A stretch of 61,667 nucleotides of DNA, counting the filler, from Choristocarpus tenellus KU-1152 (taxonomy: Eukaryota; Protista; Phaeophyceae), in assembly GCA_964200185.2 (NCBI GenBank). It is 5 parts of 5 records of this genome, joined end to end, with 100 filler letters (N's around TTAATTAATTAA, not from the genome) between each part and the next. Parts side by side here need not be neighbours in the genome. Positions count along the whole stretch, not along the records: positions 47,349 to 54,135 come from CAXNAD020007351.1; positions 54,236 to 58,967 come from CAXNAD020013289.1; positions 59,068 to 61,667 come from CAXNAD020026387.1; 2 more parts are not named here. One strand, written 5' to 3'. A program made the position numbers and the translations under genes. How positions within the stretch are numbered: position 1 is the first letter of the stretch; each line of letters opens with the position of its first letter. This document shows positions 53,861 through 61,667 of this stretch, in pieces. The notes below the pieces were generated by a model. That model worked only from the letters and a program-made list of their open reading frames with translations, did not search any database and was not told the origin of the DNA.

Positions 53861-53943
53861 CAATTGGTTGCGTTATGTGTTGTTGTGAGTTCATAGCTGA
53901 TAGTTTTTTTGTACAAAAGTTGGACTGTTTATGCTTGGAGGCT

Positions 53944-54114
53944 CAAAGTATCTGGAGGGGGCGGGGGGTTCTATACCAGGGTGTCCATTCGGGCCCTGAC
54001 CAGGAGAAGTGAACTTACATTTTCCTTCCAAAGCATGCAACCAAATCACCCAAAAATCACGACATGGAAAAATGGACCCCGAATGGACAGCCCCCCCACC
54101 CCCCAGATACCTTG
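53944..54114 (+). mobile_element. MITE family 1, full-length
   Basis: CAAAGTATCTGGAGGGGG...GGGTGTCCATTCGGG...CCCGAATGGACAGCCC...CCCCCAGATACCTTG. Terminal stubs of the same family start the contigs at 47349-47364 and 54236-54259. Confidence 0.85.
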
Positions 54115-54135
54115 ATTCTGGGGTATGTGCTAAAT

Positions 54136-54235
54136 NNNNNNNNNNNNNNNNNNNNNNNNNNNNNNNNNNNNNNNNNNNNTTAATTAATTAANNNNNNNNN
54201 NNNNNNNNNNNNNNNNNNNNNNNNNNNNNNNNNNN
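54136..54235. other. Artificial contig spacer
   Basis: N44-TTAATTAATTAA-N44. Confidence 0.97.
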
Positions 54236-54677
54236 CCCCTGCCCCCCCTAGATACTTTGATCCACATTTCCTTAGCTTCCTCTTCAAAAACAGCTCCTCC
54301 CATGTCTACTCCCTAACTATATGTATGTTTGACATGATTGGTATCTGGTCAAATATCACCTGAAGACTTGATTTGCTTCTCTTCTCACCAAGAGCCCTGA
54401 TACTTAAAGATTGGTACGACATAGCGACCAATACTGACTTACAGTTCTATACTCATGTACATTACTCTCGAGCTTTTGAGGTTGGGAGCTTGTATAGTCG
54501 TGGGTGAGGTATACATGCATCCCTTTCGGTGGATAAACTTATCAGAGAGTGCTCTCGAGTCCATGGTATTTTTGTTGTTGTTGCGATCACTCTCAGTATA
54601 TCACAATGATGGCCATAGACTACATACTGAAAGCATGTGCTTTACGGTCGACCTTTAAAACATGATCCTGAGGGCAG

Positions 54678-57600
54678 GCATATGATAAGGCTGTGAATGG
54701 GAGCCACTACCAGCTGGTGTGTAGCGGATGTGAACGGGAGTGTAGCAATTGTTCTGTCATATATAGACAAATCGCCAAGCTGTGAAGTGGCCTATGAGCA
54801 TGCCATCTCTGCTGAAGAAGGTGGAGCATTGGATGGACTATCGTTGGATGAAGGCTATTGACGCCCATCAAGCAGCAGTCAAAACATCATGGAATGTCAT
54901 AACAGTGTGGCCTGCAAGAGGGGTTCTGATAGCAGCAAGTGCTGTGCAGAGGGTTACAGATGGCCATGTGAGATGACCTTTCGTTTGAACCTGTCATTGT
55001 CTGAGATCCAGACCCTCCTTTCGAAAACCACACACCTTATGTAGTAATTGAAGTAGTAGTAATGAACTCAAGTTGATGCTTGCAGCAAATATTCAATGCT
55101 CCCAGCCAATTCCACACATAAAATATTGTTGATTATGTACAAGTACGAAGCAAAAGATCTAGATTTGTTGTCCAGTTTTGCCACTTCGGAAATCTGCAGG
55201 TAGGTACAGCTATTGATCGGTACATGTTGTGGTGATTATGCCGATCGTGCTTCCCCCAATGCCCAGATTGTGCTGTATGTGAGAAGGACTTTGCCCCTGG
55301 GTTAGTTTATAGCTGCCAAGAGTGCACAACGAAGAAGATCAATGTAGCCGCAATCGCGGCAATGATGGTATTGGTCTTGTCACTTGCGGTGGTCTGTATG
55401 AAAGGTGCAGATCTCGTTTCCATCATTGACACCGCTGGATCTCTGGACAGATCTACCAGTTGTCTCCAGGGCGTGTGGCGGAGGGTGCCTCTCCGTAAAA
55501 TCAAACTTTTGGTGGTCGTCTACCATGTTGTAACTCAGGTACAGTCAGCTTTTTTCCAAGAATGCATGAAGAAATTGCACGTTTGTAAGGTCTTTCTTCC
55601 CGTCATTTGTTGTCGTCTACATTTAATGTCCGCCAATTACTCCTTTGATCCCTAACCTCCATAATACATCCGTGGTCTGTGACACACAATGGCTCACCAA
55701 CTGGGTTGTACCCACGCCCCAAATTGTGTCAAGTTCTATTTCCTCTTGTTTAGATGACATAGGTTCCTAGTCCTTCCCAGAAGTACTACGGGTTTGGCAT
55801 GTGTTATGCTCCAAAAACGGAAAGAGTTATTATTAGTATCAGAAGTACTCTTTGGTTCAATTTCTGTACAACTTCTTGAGTATAAGTAGGCCATTCCTTG
55901 AAGTCGTATGCGAAACATTCGAGTGCATCGTACTCAAACTATTACCTTTAGCTTGCATGGTGTACTTACTTCATGTTGTATTTGTTTTAGTAGTGTACTC
56001 TATTTCATTGCACTATGTGAACAATATGGTTTGCCAATTTAATATCCCCCTTTTTCCCCACACACAAAGGGATACCACACTTCTGCAAAAGCTGTTTCTC
56101 AATTGTACAAAATAGTGTGTTTTTGTCATTTATCGGGATCCTTAAAATGCAACCTTGCCTATATTTTATTTACTTTGGCTCTTACCATCATACTTTTGGT
56201 TTTTGTGTTTTTTGTTATTATTAGTACCTTGATTTTTGTTTTTAATCGTTTTTTGAAGTTGAACTGTCAACACACTGTTTGTTCAATGTGGCTTCTTTCA
56301 GTCATTATCATATTCTTGATCTGGAATCTCAGGATTATTTGCTGGGTGTCCTGATCAAGTATTGATGTCAATTACGTATGGCTTAACCTTTTTTACGGTT
56401 CTATTTGTTGTAGCTGTAATATCATGCTTAACAGCATCTATTTGATACATGTTTGACCCTATGCATAGTGCACAATTTGCTACTGACGCAAGCAATCCAA
56501 GTTTTATTGTTTCCAGTTCCATTGGTTGAACTACAAAATGACACACTACTGCGTTTTGACCCCTTAATCCCCCAAAATCACTCCAGCTGTTGTTCACAGT
56601 AAGAATCCCCGCTATCCACCAACAAGCAAGGGTCAATCACTCCTAATACCACCAGTAGTAGTAGTAGTATTTCATTTTGAGAATTTTAGTCCTTCTCATA
56701 ATTAGTTTCTATGTGCAAACATACGTCTCTTATGTATGCACTTCGAACTATTTGAAGCCTCAAGGGCCTACCTCTCTGTTGTTAGACCCCAGACAAGTTT
56801 ACTTTCAAGGTCCTGTATCTATTTTGTGTCAAATGCAAGGTATTGATTGTCCATCAGCAATATTGGTGTGCGTGTGGTGATCAGTTAGTATTGCAAGCTC
56901 AATGTCCCCAATCCAGAATACCGAGCGACCCCATTCACCTTTTGTCCGACCCAAAGAATTTAAGTGGGTAGGAGTTTTGCCCTGTTTATGTATTTTCTGG
57001 GCTTAACATCCCACGGTTTTTTTATGCCTTTTTTCGGTCTCTGTGTGAACAGTTACCTAAAATGTATACGACTACGAAAGGTGTGCCTGGAGCAAGGATA
57101 TTGACACTTGCTGACAAACACGATAGCCAAAATCCATCAAAATCGCAACATTGGATTTATGATCCCGAACGGACGCGACCCTATCCTCTAAATGCTTTGA
57201 TTCGTCTGAATATTTACTCTTTACTGACGTCTTATCAACAATATCTACCTACAAAGTCCATAGTAGATGCAGGATATTTTCCGTTCGTGTATCTTTGGCT
57301 GGGACTGATATTTGTGGAATGTATTATTAAATTATTGATACGTTTGGATAACTCTTCAGAATGTTTACCTACCACTTCTAACAACACATTGGCTGATCAT
57401 GTTAATGCTGCTCTGCTCTATGCTGACTATTTCGTGTTGTTTTCATAGTTTTCTTCGGTGACTGGTTTCAAATATCCAGGCGTGTATCAAAGATTCCTTG
57501 ATTCACTCAGCGTGATCAACCTGGACATTGGAGGTTTACTTTGACTTGCATATGTTGGTATCAATTTCGATTTCTATCAACGTTTGCTCATCTCTACAAT

Positions 57601-58560
57601 CAGCCCGTTATTGGTGGTGGTGGGATTAGGCTTGACATTTTGGGTAGCAAGACGAAGAAACACTGGATCAACAAGAGCGGCAGAGGTAGCCTACCAGAAG
57701 CACATGTCTGTTTTCCTATGGTTGACGTTCCTTGTCTATTCAACAGTGTCGTCCACTATATTCCAGACATTTGTGTGTGACACGAGGCTGGGTAATGGGA
57801 TATCATACGTTAGGGCTGACTACAGCTTGGTCCGCAACAGCAATATTCACACAGGCTACATGACATACGCAGCTGTGATGGTAGTGGTCTACCCCTTAGG
57901 CATCCCTATCCTCAATTTAGTTTTGCTGTATCAACATAGGCATGCCCTTCTAGGGATGGAGGGCAACAGGGCAAATCACCACGTTCTGAAGACATTTTCT
58001 GAACTGTGGGAGCCTTACAAACCAGCACTCTTTCACTACGAGTTGATAGAGTGCTTACGACGAATTATACTCAAGGGTGTAGTGGTCTTCATTTTCCCTG
58101 ATAGTGCGGCACAGATTGCGATCTCTTTCTTGTTTGCGCAATATTTCCTCTTTGTTGCAGAGGTAATAAAGCCTTTCTGCAGACTTTCTGACACGTGGAC
58201 ATACCGTATTGGGCAATTGGTGGTGTCTTCAAGCATGTTCTTAGCCCTCTTATTACGAGTGGATGTGTCTGATGAAGATAAGCTTAGTCAGAAGATATTT
58301 GAAGGTGTTCTTGTAGCAGTAGTCTGTGTTCTCATATATTGATGGTGATAATGGAGGCCTTGGTATCACTGGGGGCCTGGTCCAACTTGATGGGGATCCT
58401 TGGTGACAATGTTCGAAGAAAATTTCAAACCCGAGTTGTTGAAGTGGATCATCCTTGTCGAAAGTTAGAGGAGAAAGATGTAGACAAGGGCGGGCTTTTC
58501 TTAGTCGAGAGTAGTCAACTGTTTGGAGACCAGAAAGAGAATCGGTCGATATCCTACTGA
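54678..58560 (+). pseudogene. Pseudogene of a Cys-rich ectodomain / multi-TM membrane protein (paralogue of 424-10723)
   Basis: Exons ~54678-54967, 55267-55538, 57449-58560. Peptide: LSLDEGY*R...EC....AC...CAEGY.WP-YCAVC...KIKLLVVVYHVVTQ-FSSVTG...IFQTFVC..YVRADYS..YPLGIP..LWEPYKP...YELIECLRR. In-frame TGA at 54859-54861 and 57542-57544; frameshifts at 54759-54765 and 58334-58338. Confidence 0.85.
56952..57199 (-). mobile_element. MITE family 2, full-length
   Basis: CAAAGAATTTAAGTGGGTAGG...CCTATCCTCTAAATGCTTTG; reverse-complement homologue of 52000-52260. Confidence 0.85.
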
Positions 58561-58870
58561 ATAGCACAACTTCAAATAGAATTGTGACTGCTTACATCAA
58601 TTCTAACTAGAATTGGTACCTAACATAGATATTTCAATGAAGTATAATTGGGTTCATCGTGTGCATACGGATGGAGGAGGGATGAGGGAATCAAAGTGCG
58701 TGTTTGTGATAGGATTGGTGTGGTCTTGGTGTGCGAGGGAGAGAGAGGTGTAAAAAAAGGCACTATTATTAATAATGCCAGTCTTTTCGCACACAATGCT
58801 TTGTCCTCCTTCTGGTGTATATACCGTTCATTCTATATAGTTCCAAGTATCAACGAACGTTCAAGGGGGT

Positions 58871-58967
58871 CAAAGTATCTGTGGGGGTGTCGGCGTCCGT
58901 TTTTCATCTTTTTTTCGATTTTCACTTTTTTGGTGTGATTTTGTCTCACGTGTCGGATTTGAAATGT
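58871..58967 (-). mobile_element. MITE family 1 variant, truncated by the gap
   Basis: Starts CAAAGTATCTGTGGGGG...GCGTCCGTTTT; the body is the reverse complement of the 20260-20310 segment. Confidence 0.7.
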
Positions 58968-59067
58968 NNNNNNNNNNNNNNNNNNNNNNNNNNNNNNNNN
59001 NNNNNNNNNNNTTAATTAATTAANNNNNNNNNNNNNNNNNNNNNNNNNNNNNNNNNNNNNNNNNNNN
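58968..59067. other. Artificial contig spacer
   Basis: N44-TTAATTAATTAA-N44. Confidence 0.97.
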
Positions 59068-59168
59068 ATTGCTAATGAAGTGGATTCGCACCTCTCCCCT
59101 CCCCCCCCCACCCCCCACCTCCCACCCCCCCACCCCCCAGATGGGGGATGCTTGCTGTTGTCTGCAAG

Positions 59169-61650
59169 GCACAGTGCATGAGCTGCAGTGTTAAGAACAA
59201 AAGCAGCGAAGACCACAGGCCTTCACAAGAGGAGTGCGAATCCAAGGTGCGTAGAGTGGTGTATACTCAAAGTGTGTCTAAGCTGAGCAAGTGGGATCGT
59301 TTGGGTGGGGAGGATGTCAGTCTGCTTGGGGTTGTGGACAAAGTCAATATTGTCGCAGTCATAGCCAGGTGCATTCGGAAAGTGGACTATCCTGTTCCTA
59401 CAAACAATGACAATGCTTTCAATTTTGGCCTTTTGGTGAAGCATCGGTTTGTTCTCCAGGTTGTTTGCTTCTACAATCTGTTTCTTCATGGGGAGACGAG
59501 AATGCAACCCATTACTACATTGGAAATGACGTAGTAGTGGCACTAAAGGGCAATTTGACGAGCTAGGGTATGATTATCTTGCTTGAAACTCTGTAAGTAC
59601 TAAGTGGGTACGATGTAGTATACTTCTCGAGCAAGTGCAAAGTGGAGGGACCATGGGCCTTGTAGCTGTAGCCGCATGCTTTAGGAAGGCACCCCACTCC
59701 CTCAAGCATATGCCTTGTAATATATATATATATATATATATATGATGTTTCTGCTATCGTGTGCACATTTTGTTTCATTTTTTTAGCTCTATACGCTGCA
59801 TATTTTATTTCATTTTTTCTAACTTCTTGCTTTGGATTACCCTGTGACAACATGCGACAGCAGTGAGCTGCAAAAATAGTCCTACGGGAAAAATCACACA
59901 GTTGTGATGGACAAGAAAAAAACCTCATCTTCCTTTCCCCCACCATTTTTGGGACTCCCCCCCCAAAAACAAACAAACAAACAACAACCCCAAGGACACC
60001 AGTGCCCAAACTAGTGTAGCTAATTGTGGTCCGAAGGCGATGTACTTTACATAGATAATGCTCTCCTTAATATATCTGCATTAGGTGTATCTCATTCTGG
60101 ATCTGCATGACCTTACCGGGGAGCATGGCACAAGGGGACTGCATGCTGTTGGGGCCACCCTGATCCAAAGTGCCACTCCACTGCCTTGGGTTACAGCATC
60201 TGTGTCTTCTGGGACAGAGGGCTTATCGACTTCATCAGCACCTGCAGAATGTGATGGTGCTGTTGAAGGGATCAATGTTGGTGCCAATGATCAAGGTTAG
60301 GTGGAGACAAACGATGTTTTTCTTTTTCTTTTTCAATATGGGATTAGGGTTAGGGCTGATCGGTATTGTACCGTTTTTACTGAAAATAATAGTAATAATA
60401 ATAATGATAATGATAATAATGATGTGTCATACTTGCAATCGATCAGGACAAGGGGCGGTGTTCGTTGGAATGTGGGTTGTTGTTAAGAAAGAGTGAATGC
60501 CACACAGGCGTGAATACCAAAGGCATGGGTTAGGGCTATAGGGCTAGGGTTTTTTGGTTCAAAGTGTGACACTGTGTCACAATGCAAGGCAAGTCTGTAG
60601 CTTGTAATGGAAGTTTAGTTTTGTTCTGGTTGGTTCCGGTCGAAGAGGAAACAATGTGTCATGGGTGTTGTACCAGGGGGTCGTGCTGCGAAATGGACTT
60701 GTTTATGGAAGTGTGTATATAATCTGTTGCTACGTTAACTACTATCCAAATGAGCTTTTGTAAACTAGATCTTAATGTTGTGTGCGGAGATTAATATATG
60801 TCCTCCTTTCCCACTCATCCCCTTTCCAAAATGCGTCTTTTTTGCCTCCATGATCAGCACAGGACTAGTGGTGACGATGGTGATGATTAGTGTTTCAGAG
60901 GGCTCAGATTGTAGATCTTTGTAGCTGTTTACTTTAAGTACTAGAGGTACTATTTTGGATATTATCTGGTGAAGTATTGTGTGTTTGAAAGTAATGATGC
61001 CATCTCGTTCTTAGCTGAAACCGTACATCTATCACAACCTTCACTTGACCTTCAATTAATTGCAGGAGATCGATCTGGGAAAAGGAACATACTTGTGTTG
61101 ATTCGACCTACAGACCATGGTGATGGACAAGTGCATGATGAACTAATGCTGCTAGATCCCCTTGGGCCCCTGGATGAGTTCCTTGATGGGCCTGGAGAGG
61201 GATGGGGGGGAGTTCGAGCAGGGACTGAAGGGGATTGCATTGGGTCTTGCGCCCTTCCATACACTACTGAAGGTGCACTTGTTGGCCTTACTGATCTTCT
61301 GACGGGGGGGTAGGGACTGAGCAGTGTGAAGCACCTCTCACTCTCTCAGTCTGTTCATGATAGGCTTTATTTGTGTAATGTGATACAAAGGAGGAAATGG
61401 TACCATATGTATACAGACCGCTCTGACCGTGTGTTCTTTTGTCCATTTGTTTTGTGTGCATGTATGTGTGAATGTCTGGGTTGTTTCTATGTTGCTTGAC
61501 CTTCCTGAAATCCTTTACTGTCATTCTTACCGGTGAAGAGCCTACCTACCAACTCAGCTTTTGATCCTCCTGTTCCCCATCACCCATCCACCCCGCAGCT
61601 CTGTCTTTCCTGACATGGCCCCTTGGTCACTGTGGTATTTCTACAAGCAG
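59169..61650 (+). CDS. Internal exons of an uncharacterised protein gene
   Basis: Phase-consistent AG/GT-bounded exons 59169-59246, 60085-60295, 61066-61309, 61599-61650 splice into an open frame ending ...ALVGLTDLLTGG-SVFPDMAPWSLWYFYKQ. No family recognised. Confidence 0.6.
59720..59743. repeat. (AT)n microsatellite
   Basis: About 12 AT units. Confidence 0.9.
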
Positions 61651-61667
61651 GTGAGACCAAGACCCTT

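Noticed and set aside
56452-56636. piggyBac-like MITE (TTGACCCT...AGGGTCAA)
   Set aside because: Only an 8-11 bp inverted match, no true TTAA, and no second copy in the window.
56944-57207. 8-bp P-element-type TSD (GTCCGACC / ATTCGTCT)
   Set aside because: Only 4/8 identical, and the other four full-length copies show no comparable match.
54859-57544. UGA recoding (Trp or Sec) in the membrane-protein gene
   Set aside because: The two TGAs replace different expected residues, frameshifts co-occur, and TGA is a normal stop in EMC10 and the GT gene.

Overview
This is intron-rich eukaryotic nuclear DNA, most consistent with an ochrophyte/brown-alga-like stramenopile: GT-AG introns, a bipartite-targeted plastid IF-1 and TTAGGG traces. 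The window is not contiguous. It is five contigs joined by artificial 100-bp spacers (N44-TTAATTAATTAA-N44), so adjacency across spacers means nothing. Manual splice-aware reading gives: (1) the 3' part of a multi-pass membrane protein gene (10 exons); (2) a secreted spherulin-4/GH135-like hydrolase; (3) a complete 9-exon EMC10; (4) a nucleus-encoded plastid IF-1 head-to-head with (5) a PH-domain AGC kinase; (6) a GT4-like glycosyltransferase; (7) a pseudogenised, intron-poor paralogue of gene 1; (8) four exons of an unknown gene. Repeats include a hAT transposase remnant, a dimeric ~87-bp satellite and two MITE families that share CAAAGTATCT-type termini. The most unusual signal is in these MITEs: all 15 readable ends are flanked by G-R-N-Y / R-N-Y-C with no target-site duplication. 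This suggests TSD-less insertion into the centre of a degenerate palindrome, GRNY^RNYC. All coordinates and translations were read by eye.
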